Part shown: positions 48,796 to 64,000 of the stretch, piece after piece
Numbering within the stretch: the first letter of the stretch is position 1
How the letters are laid out: each line of letters begins with the position of its first letter
Assembly: GCA_046563655.1 (NCBI GenBank)
Contig: CM102290.1
Coordinates: 7,068,001-7,132,000, forward strand
Length of the DNA stretch: 64,000 nt
From: Yuukianura sp. NJ FZ-2021
Taxonomy: Eukaryota
Reading direction: 5' to 3'
The notes under the pieces: model-generated
What the model saw: only the letters and a program-made list of their open reading frames with translations
Told to the model about the DNA's origin: nothing
Database searches by the model: none
Translations under genes and position numbers: made by a program

Positions 48796-49798
48796 AGAAT
48801 GAAGAACAGGAAGTATGAAAAATCAAGATTGAGCAAATCCGGATAAACGCTGAAACCTTACAACGCTAACAAGTACTTGCAGTATACTAAAACCTACGCA
48901 TTGGTTCCAATTTTTTAGCTTTCTTAAAAATGGTATTTTAAACCAACTGTAGATATATGTGATAGTTTTTTAAAAGACTTTTGCTTAAGAAGTTTTAAAG
49001 TTTGTTTTAACACAAAATTCTGACAGAAGACTGTAAATTAGCGATGGTGTATCGCTTTACTCCTCTCCTCTTCTAAGTGACAAATTAATCCCTAGTTTAC
49101 TAACAATGTATATGTATACAATTAGTAAACTATGAATTAAAAGCTAAAAATCCCTAAGTCTTAATAGCGACTTCAATAAAAGTTCTTCGAGGCGAGGCCC
49201 TGAAATTTCAGGCGTTGTTGCACAAGCAAGTCAAATCGCCACATTTTATTAATAAATAGAAGGCACCAAATTAGTTTTCAATCAGTCAATTAGTCAAAAT
49301 ACCTCCTCTCGAAATCGTTGTCGATTGTTCATTGTTTTAAAAAGAAATTATTGCAAAATACTTCGATTGTCTATCCACAGTCGTTGTGTTGTCAGGACGG
49401 ATACAAAAAAAACTTGAATTACAGGTTCCATTGAATAAGTACAAACCATTATTCGCCTATTAGCTTCCGAAACATACACTAATCATTTGTTAGTCAATTG
49501 CATTGCATCCTCTCGAATCTTCTAATACTTCACGTTAGCAGAAAAGATTTCACCGTTACTAACTAATGTTAAAATGACGTAAATGCTACGGTCAAAGCGT
49601 CGGTTTCCAAATTTGGACTGCTCAATGATTATACGTCACCAAAGCTGCACATAAGTAAAGAGCGCCCGGGAGACATAATCCTTGACTTAAAAATCCCAAG
49701 TGCTCCTTCTGGAACATTTAAGAAACCAAATTCAGAATGAACAACAGGAGTAACGTGAAATCACAAAATGCAATTCTCAGAAAATAGAAACGTGGTGC

Positions 49799-52235
49799 TC
49801 ACTTCATGCTTAGTTTATCTCCGCCAATGTACGGGACTTGGAGGATAGTCGGACTGGTATCAATGACACGAGCTAAAACTCCGTCCATATACTTTCGAAT
49901 TTTCCGATTAACTTCCGTTTCTTCTTCCAATTGTTCCTGCAGCCCAATCACCATTTCAATCAATTCCTACAAACAAAAACAAATTATGTTTATAAGGTTG
50001 CCTATGATTTTTACATGTTGCTAATTACCTATCGCCAATTAAAATCGTATGATCTACTTACTTCTCTAGATTTTCCATCAAATCGTTTTAGAGTATCTCG
50101 GGGTAGACGGCTTTCTGTTGGTGCTTGGCATTCTTTTTGACGAATGGGAGTCGTAACCCCAACTGGACTCCCCCGTGAATTGACTCCTTCTTCGTGTGTT
50201 TCTTTACAAAAATACAAACCGAAAAATAAAAGCGACAACTTCTAAAGTTGGTGTACGTGTAACATTGTGGTAAATAAAGGATGTCACAATAGTAAATAAA
50301 TGATGTCACAATACAAGCTGTGAATTCTTTCTTACTTAATTTAGGTGAAGACGAAAATAGAGATGCCAAAGTACTGCTCTTGGATTTTTCCTTTCTTTCC
50401 TTCGGTTTATCCTTGTCACGTCTCGATAGATCTTCAAATGAGCTGCTTCTCAACTTCGCTTCAACCTTCAGAACTTCCTTGACATCACGTGGCACAGGTA
50501 ACGGAGCAGGAGCATGGTCATGTTCGGTCTCTATTCCATTTTTCCTTGGTAGAACAGCCTCAACCTGAATATTAGGTAATAAATGTTGTTTTCAATCTTA
50601 CGTACACGACAATGACAAAATTAGGAGTATGCGTTTTACCTGCTTTGATTTATTCTGTTGATCCAATGTCGGGCTCCCAGTGGTATGGTGGTGATCATTA
50701 CTTTTGGCAGAAACAACCGGAGATGAACTTAACTTTCGTTGTGGCGCAGGGGAAGGAGAACGCGGAGTAACTGAAAAATGAAATGAATTTATAAAAGTAC
50801 CTTGTAAAGCTAGTAACTTTGCCAGTCGTACCTTTCGGTGTTTGAATTTGACGACCGAAAAGTTTGGACTCCCATTCATCAATTGGGTTATGATGGTTAA
50901 CGTCGGAAGTGACAACAGTCTTATTCCCTTCGTCAACATTGGGGGAAAGATTTTGGTTTTTATAAGTACGCGGAGGTGGAGTTGCGTACGTCTTCCGAAG
51001 AAATTCTCCTCCACCCAAATTCTCAAGTGAGCCGTCCTTCGGAGTCGAGATGGCTCCATGCTGAGAAACACTTAGAGAACTGTGGCTGCTTTTATGAGAA
51101 AGCTCGTCAAACTACAACGAAAATTGATTAAAAACGGTTACTTACAGCACATGCTACGTGATGCTTAACAACATTAACGTCAAGCATTAAAAGTTACCCG
51201 GAAGTCATCCTCCTCGTCGCTGATAACCCCAGGATCTGCTTCATGTCGGTTTTGCTTCAGGCCATAGTTACTGTGTTGTTCTGGAATGGTTCCGAATGTA
51301 TCGTCTTTGGTCTTTTTCTTACTTCGACCCGGTAAAGTCGCAACTTTGCTGCCAACTGCTTTAGCTAGTTTTTTCAACCCCTTCTTTTCCTTCCCAAGAC
51401 TTAGCAGACTGCCACCTATAAAACGTAGTGTCAAAGGAGTTCATCTTCTGTCTCATCTGCGTACTTGCAAATTCTTACCAACAAATTGTCCAAATGAAGA
51501 TTTATGGCTCTCCTTTTTGCTTAGTTCACTCAAACTGCCAACGTTAATCGCACTTGGTTTAAACACAAATACTGTCTTGACCTCTAGCTCTCCCCTTTTC
51601 TTGCTGTTGTCCTTTCCAAGCTTATTCTTGAGAGGATACCATTTGGTAAAGGTCGAGTGATATTGGGAAACGTCAAAATCTGACAGTGGAATTCGAACAG
51701 TACCCAGAAAGTCATCTCCAATGAAGTTGCGATTGAGCGCCGTCAGCACAATCTCAGCCGAATTGCCTTGTTTGGGTATTGATCTGTCAATCATTTTAAC
51801 ACGAAGGTTAGTGATATAAAACCAAGGAATACTTAAGTGAGTGATAATATGGTAAGCGTATTACAGTTCACATTCTTCGTTCCATTGAACAGAATCCGAA
51901 GATTTCTCCTTGACAGAGGTCTGATACCGTTCCTTACCGAGCCCAATAGTTACGAAAGCATCATTGGTTCCTAAGAATTTAGTTAGACAAATCGTTGAGC
52001 ACTCTAACTTTATGCGCATTGAATTTCCAATGTAGATAGTATGTTTTACCGTTCTTCCCCTTGATCAACAAGTTCGAGCCTCGTACCACTACAAATACAT
52101 ATAAATTACATGTCAATTTATAATTTATTGAATAACATCCTTTCGTTTACAATGATCATAAGCATTTGTTCGTTCAATATACTTGTTTTCAACTAAAAAC
52201 TTACCAGTAACCTGCACATGTGATGGACTCCACAT
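49799..52235 (-). CDS. Rip11: Rab11 family-interacting protein, class I (C2 domain plus C-terminal FIP-RBD); Rip11-like
   Basis: MWSPSHVQVTVVRGSNLLIKGKNGTNDAFVTIGLGKERYQTSVKEKS..WNEECEL..DDFLGTVRIPL..TKWYPLK..KKRGELEV (C2). C-terminal RFDGKSREELIEMV...IRKYMDGVLARVIDTSPTILQVP (Rab11-binding domain). TGA at 49801-49799. Confidence 0.93.
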
Positions 52236-53434
52236 TCCGTGTCAAAACGTGTGGCTCTGTTTTGGCAGAATAATAAATAGCCCCAGAATACAGACGATTT
52301 CGGAAATTCAATTACCGCACACTCAGGCTTCTCAATTAGACTCCTGAACAGTTGTATCCAGCTAAACATGAAACATACGACAATTCGTTAATTATGAGTG
52401 TGAGATCGATGACTAATTGCAATACAACTTATCATCAACAGGTATAATAAATCTGTTAAAAGAGCTTAATGAGAATGACTAATCGAGTGATCCACCTCCT
52501 CCACATCTCACCTCACCTAATCAAATCCTCAAACTTAATTTAAATACCCAACTTAATATTCAGTCAACCAAATACCAGACCACAGATCACCGTCTGACCC
52601 CAGGCACTGTTTGTAGTGGGAGTTATGTATGCTTGGTCACGTCCAAGTTTCTATTATATTCAGTTTCTTATATTTCAAACTAACCAGTTTAATTAAATAT
52701 CACCCTGCTGATTATGAAGTAACTCATGAGCACTGTGAGACGGCCCTTTCTTGACAAAAACCAAATACGATCCCCATAACCCCATACACACACCACAGAC
52801 ACAGACAGCGACTACACAGTCGCCACTCGCCAGCAGCACCCTGTCTTATTATAATAGATCTTTCGTTAACAAACAGTGTCGTAAACACTCTCACCTTATC
52901 GCGCCACTACAACTGAAACAATAAAAGACTACGAATTTATCCTATGGTTGCCTCTCGCCTGTGCTTAATTTTGTTTAAATCGGTGCCAATGTGATGGATT
53001 AGGTTATGCAGTTCAGTAAACAACTGATCTGAACAACTGTAGGAATAGCGCTTAGTACTAAATAGTACTTCTCAGGGTCTGAATTTTATTAGGTATGTAT
53101 TAGTAAGAATTTTATTAACCTGAACGTGACCTGCCATAACATTAACATTTTAAATCTTTAAAAAAAAAGATATAATAATAACTCAAACATCACATTGTGA
53201 AAATAATCATGAATTAGAAATAAAACATTCAATATTTATCTTCTATTCCCGATAACTTAACAACCGAAAACATATGACTGATCTAATGGACCAAATAATT
53301 TTCGTTGAACAAACTAGATAAATAGAGCTTTGAGTTCACATTTCTTCTAAATCCAAATCACTAAAATATAGCTAATACAACAAAAAATTTTAAGGTTAGC
53401 AAGCACATAAACGTAACTTCAGTACACAGACGTT

Positions 53435-57410
<3,976 letters not shown>

Positions 57411-59448
57411 TGGGATTTGTGAAGCTCTATCCGGCGCCGTATTTCACAACCGAATCTAAACACACCATACATGCATAAATTATATTAAAAAAAAATTAAG
57501 GTCAGAACAAAGTTACTAGAATTACTGATTAATTAGTACTACTGATTAATAAGTTTACCTTAATTTAATGGGAGTCGAACTTCGGAATCGATTTCCAGAA
57601 GGAAAACGGAGGTGACGAAAAGGAAGATTTTCCTACGCGGTAAATTCAACGAAACGAATTAAGTTCACTGGAATGAATTGTCAGGTTCAGGTAAATGGTA
57701 AATTGGAACTGCATATTCCTGTTTCTCGCAAGATTAACTCGGCAAATAGTTTACGTACGAGCAGACAACATACTAAGCGGAATCAGACGTAGAGACGTTG
57801 TAAATAAGGACGATTAAGCTTAGTCAATGATCTTGATCAACAAAGTAAAGAACAGTCGCGTCGAGACAATTCAAAACCTCAGTCAGTGACACTTACAAAT
57901 ACGAAATGATTGACGGTTTGCTTGATAATGATTGATGTAATTGATGATGTTGATATTCTTTCAGTATAATACGTTGTCGTTTTGCTGAAACTACTTTTAT
58001 CTCTACAGAACTCGTAAACCTAACCAGTAACTTTTTTAGAATCACTTTGTGCTTTGAAGGTCACCAAATTAAATTAACATGTCCAAATTCGAATTTGGAA
58101 TTTGTAGTATAACTATCTGTGTACTTCCTATGTTAATTTTAACCTTGAAGTTGGTTTCTTGGATCTGGATGACGTCGTCTGGAGCACGCATTAATGTGAA
58201 TTCTTGGTGAGGTGAAGCGATGACTTCCGTTTCCATGCAATTTCCTATCACATTGAAAAACGAAAAAAAATCAGTGTAAGGTTTCTCATGTGTGTTTATA
58301 ACAGTATTCCAACGTGGAATTTCCTAAGCTCTCGTAAATTAGAAGCCCTCATGCTCAACTTACTACCGATAAATAAATTTTTGATACTATTAGGTTTTCC
58401 TGTCGTAAACCTCAAATAAAAACTGAGCCAATAAACATTGAATATTAATTCATCCTTATTCGTGTATATTTGTGTATATCAAACCCCGTGCAAACCTTGA
58501 ATTATTGGCTGGTTAATTGCTAGGTTTAAAATTTTAATCGCGGGGGATTTTATAGCATAATAAGCAGATGACGATTGAGTTTATAGAGCATAATAATAAT
58601 AACAATGTGGCGAGTAGACCGCTTGAACAAGAAGTTTACCGCATTCTTAACACGCACCTCTGATTCAATTCCGCAAAAATAGAACCTCCTCTGCACGAGA
58701 CGAGCACGACACTTGAGAAGAGATGAGAAGAGGGCGAGGAAAGATAAACACCGACTGCGCTATGGCGTAATAAAATGGCATTATACTAACACAAAACAGT
58801 GCCTACTGCCATGGTAAAGCTACTAAATACAGTCTGTAGAATAAGTGGGTAGAAGCACCCTTCTGCTGCACTGCTCTGATAGGTAGCCTTTGCTGTGTCG
58901 TCAGTAACGTGTTGTCTGTCACCGTAGAAGGGAGATAAAAACAAAAACAAAACACTCGGATACAGTGATACAGACACTAAAAGAATATAAATTCTGAGGG
59001 TCAGCCAGGGTAATACGTGTTCAGTTTGAGTTAAACAGTTTGAGGAAGGTGGTAAGTAGCAATAATTGGTACTAACAGTATTATTACAGTTGTTTTGCTC
59101 GTCCGGAATGAGGAACTGAATATTCCCCAAAACCTACGTTAACAATCTTATGTACTTTTTTTTAGGGAAGGATCAAACCGGAACGCAGTAAGGTGACATA
59201 CATAGTGGCCATCCAGTCGGAAACTTGATCGTGAACTCTGATAACGTTCTTACTCAACCTCAAGGAGGCCCAGCAATTGAATTATTCGAATGAAAGTGAT
59301 GCCCTACCGCCGTTCCTCGTCCTGTAGTAGTGGCTGGCACTGAAAGTGATGTATTACATACACTTAAGTCAGGAACAGGGTAAACAATAGTTGCCTTTGA
59401 TACTTTGTGACCAAAATATTCATTCCTGCCCTGCATTTTCAGCTGCTC

Positions 59449-62097
59449 ATGTCACTTCAACATCGATCTGCTGCTACCCTGCAACTGGAGAGTGAAAATG
59501 TGATGCTCCCGTGGGAAAGGTTTAGAGAATGGATTCACAGTGTGGTAGTCGTCACGTTTGACCTCGAACTCGGTCAGACAATAGAGGTTAGCCATAACAG
59601 AAAGTTGTACTAAGGAAAAAGTGAATTTATTAAAAAAAAACGTTGTTTCATTTGTAGACGGTGTACCCTCTGCATGTGAAATTAGCGGAAGAGGAAAAAA
59701 GCAATGTCTGCTACCTCTCCTTTCCAGATTCCAATTCCGGATGTATGGGAGATACGCAATTTAATTTTCGAATGCGACATTCCCCTGCGAAAAAAGATAA
59801 ACGATGCCGAAATGCAGCTGAAAACGACTACAATTCTCAATGCCCTCCAGCCCTTCAAATTGATCCAAAGTTTATGAACGGATACGTCTATTTTCGCCAA
59901 GTAAAAGACCCATCTCTTCGCCGCGGATACTTTCAAAAGGTTGGATACTTTTATTAGTAATTGAATGTTGAAGAGTCTTTGAAACCCAGCAATTTGTGAG
60001 CGTTACTACCCATGAATTCAAATTATTACAAAGGATGTCCTTGTTTGTGTTTCATGTTTCAGTCTGTGGTTTTGCTGAGCAAGTTCTCGTTTGGAAATCT
60101 CTTTCATCCCATCCTGAAGCTTCTTGCCCCTCAGTTCTTTGATTTTGGATTACCAAGTATTGAATTGGCATGTAGAAATGTTTCTCAATGGCCAGCTCCT
60201 ATACCCGGTGAAACACTTAAACTTCAATTCCTCGGTTCAGATTTTGAAGTAAGTAGCATTTGCTTTAAATATGACTAGAATAGACAGCCGTATTGTCTTA
60301 TACTGTGAGATATTTCCGACTAATGCCTGTATAAATATTGAGTGTATTTTTAAAGCAGAACACCATACTTACTCAAAATCAAAAATAGAGAGGATAGTCG
60401 GACTTCGTTTCCCGACAAAGTTTAAAGTTGGAATAATATTTGTTTGTATTCACAGATTTTGATTCCTACTGCAACATCAGGCCATCTCAGTGGTCCTGCG
60501 TCTCCAATGAAATCGAGTCCTCAGCTCCAACATCGAATGCCTTCTGTTCTTCCCTCTCCAGTTGTGATAATGATTCACGATGCCAATTTTTTTCAAAGTC
60601 TGAAACCTATAATTTCACATCTTCATCTTCTGTGGGAATTGGTACTTACCAATGAACCCATTGTGGTGATGGCACCCGTACCTGAATTCTCTGCCAACGC
60701 TGTCAATGCTCTCGCTCAGTACGCTATTATTTTAAATCATACCTGGTCGCAATATCATATTTGATTGGTGTAATGATGTTTCTCGTGTTTTTAGACTAAT
60801 TTATCCGCTGCGTTACGCTGCCGATTTTCGTCCATATTTTACCATTCACGACTCTGATTTCAAAGAGTATACCATGAAATCATCTCCGCCGCCACCGGTA
60901 ATATTAGGTGTCACAAACCCCTTTTTTGCCAAGACTCTGCAACATTGGCCACATATTGTGCGAATAGGAAGCAGCGCAGGTAAAATTGTCGTTCAGCATT
61001 ATCACTTCTGAATTACAACTATAGTACAAGCATATCGTCTGCGAATTTTCACCTTACTTTTTTTCGGTCCGTAACAATTAGGTTCATTCGTCGGAAGGCA
61101 AAAGAAAAACCTGAAACTTTTGGATTCCCAGCCAGGAGTTTATACCAGCTACAGGTACGCTTCCGTTTCCGCTTTCATATGATGAATTTTATCCACGTTA
61201 AGAAATTGGACTACTACAGTTGAATTTTCGTAAAAATTGTCGGATTTGTCGGAACTCGAAATTTGGTCGGAGAAACCAATGTCGCTGTATAGTCCCATGT
61301 TAATTTGCTTGATATATTTTGCGTTTTCAGATGTTTTCTACAAAAAGATAAACAACTATTGAAGAAAATCCTTTCCGGCATGCAGTCACATCGTCCAGAC
61401 GAAGTCCAGAACATAATTTTACGACGTCATATTCAGGAGCTCACAGCCAGTTTTATGATTCCTTTGGAGCGTTATATTGCAAGCCTTATGCCTTTGCAAA
61501 GGGACATAAATCCCTGCAAGGTAAGTGAATTTTTAGATTCTTTTTCATAGGAGGATTTAAAATTGTTTGTTTCCATTCATAGGCAGCTCCGGAGCCGCGT
61601 CCGTTTAATCAGGATGACTTCCTCGCTACGTTGGAGAAGTGGGGACCGCAATTGACTTCCGGAATTAAGGGGGACTGGTCGGGTCTGTATAAGAAATTTT
61701 TCCGTTCCCTTAACTTCTCGCATTGGTACAATTTGAGGTACAAAGAGGCCAAGGAAAAGCTAGAGGTTCTTCATCTCCAACTCATTGCTGAAACAGTTAA
61801 GTTCTTGTCACCGTTCAGTATTTTGGCACGAAACACTGACGCTTGTTTATGGACGTTAACGAATTTGGAGTTTTACTTTAGGACATTCTAAGTTGGGTGT
61901 CTGGAAGAACTGAAGTGCAGGCTGTGGACATCGTACTCAAACTCCGTGATCGAATATCGCAGAGCCACTTGCCAATTAGCTCAATCGTTCGGGAAAAGCT
62001 GCGCCAGCAAGTTATTGCAATTCTCAGAACACTGCCTGAGGATATGCAGTCTGTTCTCCTCGCTCACACAAATTCATTGTCCTCGGAAGTTCAATGA
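59449..62097 (+). CDS. DENND6: DENN domain protein DENND6 (FAM116; Rab14 GEF)
   Basis: [128 protein letters not shown] and [12 protein letters not shown]. The start codon is tentative. Confidence 0.95.
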
Positions 62098-62459
62098 AGC
62101 CGTTGGAATTAGGCTCACGTCACGCCCAGGCCGATGGATTTCGTTTTGGAATGTTTACTGACTAACCGATTTAAATATCTCCTAATAGTGATCTGAAATC
62201 TAGAAACTATTTTATGACATGTATTACTACTCGCTTATTTTAAGTAACTTTTTATTTTAAATCCCAATATGAATAAATGCTACCGCAAACCGGAGGTTTT
62301 ACACACGATTCGCAGTCGCATGTTGCACCGTCTCATGTTAGTCAAAAGTACTAAAATATTCCTTAAAAAATTAAACGGATCCGTTTGGATCCATTTTCCA
62401 AAATAAATATATTCTGAAATGCCAAAATATTGGCAAATTCCCACTGCATAACAATCCTT

Positions 62460-62612
62460 ATTTTTTTTCGTTGTAATTGAACTTTCTTTGTATTTGGACT
62501 TTCGTTGTAATTGGCTTCGGGGTAGTTCGACTTTCGTTGTAATTGTTTTCGGGGAAATTCATTCGCGGTAATTCACTTCGTTGTAATTCATTCGATGAAA
62601 TGGCGTGCTCCC
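62460..62612. repeat. Periodic (about 15-16 bp) TTCGTTGTAATT repeats, probable MITE subterminal array
   Basis: Repeated TTCGTTGTAATT / TTCGGGGTAGTT / TTCGGGGAAATT / TTCGCGGTAATT units ending in GGCGTGCTCCC. No matching left terminus found. Confidence 0.55.
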
Positions 62613-64000
62613 GTTCGTCATGCGCAATAATAAGTGGGATTTAACGTATCCCATTCTCTACCGTAATTCAAACCTAATGTATTTCCATGGTGGGTGGGGG
62701 TCTGCTGAGGAGGAGGCCCCTCTCTGCACCGAGTGGTTCTTTATACACCCAAAACCTTCGTAGTCGAGGACGAGACGAGTTTCACCCGCCGTCAGAAGAG
62801 AGGAGACTTCATTTAGTCTTTGTGTTGAGAGGGTGTGCTATACATCTGTCAGTCTTCACAGGAGATTCATTGGATCGGTGCTCCAAAGTACTTGGTTAGT
62901 ACTTCTTCAGTTGATTCTGAAATTTAACCGGATTCCAGTGTTAATCGACAACAGGTAACTAACTCAGCATTAAACGCGAAAGTTCATTACTGTGACGGGG
63001 TTTAATATACCATACTACGTGCTGGCAGTTGAGTTATGTGATGAGATATCGGTCAGCTGACAGTTCTCCGTCCTCGTCAAGGTGTGGCTGGGTAGGTTGG
63101 AGAGTAGTTTTGGGGTCTGATTTTCCTAGGTTAGGTTAGCTTAAGTAACCGACTGGAGGAATAACTTTAGTTGGGATCATTTTGGAACTCCTATGGTAAA
63201 CTCGCGAAGCTAGTTTGAGATAAAAATCTCAATTAACCCTGTTTTTTTCTACCCTGATACCAAATTTTTCATTAGTTTTGACCGCTCACTAACGAAACCT
63301 AACTTTGACTTAAATATGCCCTCATGTATGAGATAGGGATAAGTCTGATGCCCAGAGTAGTTGCTCTGGTTGAAAATTCAATTCCCTGTATCTCCAGTAG
63401 AACCTTTCGCGTATTTACCAGAGATAAGCCAAGATTTTATTCCTCCTATCGGTTTCCTACCCTAACCTGAGAAAATCGTACCCTAAAAATACTCTCCAAA
63501 CGCCGGGCAGGATGCGAGACCATTTATGTCGTACCTATGAAAGACTAAGCATAACATGGCACTCGTCAATGTCATTAGTTTGCATAAGATGTTTTGCTCC
63601 AACGTTTCCCTGCCGGATCAAAATTCGAACGGAACTTCCGATTAACTCGTAGTGGCACCGTAGTTGTTTCATTTCCACTTAACCTATACAATTTGGAGCG
63701 ACAGCCGGGAATTACCAAGTAATCTGTAGCAGACAGTGCAAAATCTCCCAATTCTCAGTTCGCTTACATTCTCATCAGTCCAAAGTCGACAGCTGCTTTG
63801 GCTCTTAGGTTGGTGGTGTTTTAAATGTATGTTGGTAGCGCTATATAGTTGCAGTCTACTAGTTTTATACGCTCACAAAAGTGAGGGTGCAAAACTGTGA
63901 AATTTGTTTCCAAAATAGTTGTAATACTATCTGAGACTATTCGAGACCAGTTGTCCTGCAGCAGCATTTAAGATTGCATTGCTGTGCTACACGATTTTGT

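Noticed and set aside
58069..59130. Minus-strand ORFs of 60 and 114 aa between RBM5 and DENND6
   Set aside because: Non-ATG starts and no recognisable domains; the region is better explained as divergent promoters and 5' UTR introns.
62460..62612. Periodic repeats (and the 44.4-kb array) as CRISPR-like arrays
   Set aside because: Eukaryotic context, degenerate short units with no unique spacers, and no cas genes.
62687..62920. 70-aa plus-strand ORF and coding-like minus-strand frames near the right end
   Set aside because: Most frames contain stops and I recognise no family; possibly a TE relic or UTR.
63061..63073. 13-nt match to miR-184 (GGACGGAGAACTG on the minus strand)
   Set aside because: The 5' base and the 3' third differ and I saw no complementary arm; likely chance.
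63126..63140. TTAGG-like motifs (also at about 8577-8588 and 22448-22464) as interstitial telomere
   Set aside because: Only two or three imperfect units each; not an array.

Overview
Eukaryotic, gene-dense, AT-rich window with short (about 55-100 nt) GT-AG introns. It is most likely from a compact arthropod genome: it has a dawdle-type activin, the mir-750/mir-1175 pair and scattered TTAGG motifs. A springtail-like hexapod is only a guess. The ORF track is fragmented by introns, so gene models were assembled by eye. Protein-coding genes in order: SZT2 (-, runs off the left edge), ATPAF1/ATP11 (+), a dawdle-like activin/TGF-beta ligand (-; its mature domain is missing from the ORF track), MIER (+), SLC41A paralog 1 (+), CMTR2 (-), SLC41A paralog 2 (+), Rab11-FIP/Rip11 (-), RBM5/10 (-) and DENND6 (+). 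Less obvious content: (1) a mir-750 + mir-1175 cluster in the one large SZT2 intron, where mir-750 has an unusually long (about 74 nt) structured loop and a third candidate hairpin lies nearby; (2) a decayed Polinton/Maverick (adintovirus-like) endogenous viral element between the divergent SZT2 and ATPAF1 genes, with a minor-capsid pseudogene, a core-protein-like pseudogene and a motif-rich non-coding block; (3) several MITE/foldback elements, one with a perfect 8-bp target-site duplication (TSD). I found no convincing wholly new multi-gene system. All family assignments are from recalled motifs, not database searches.
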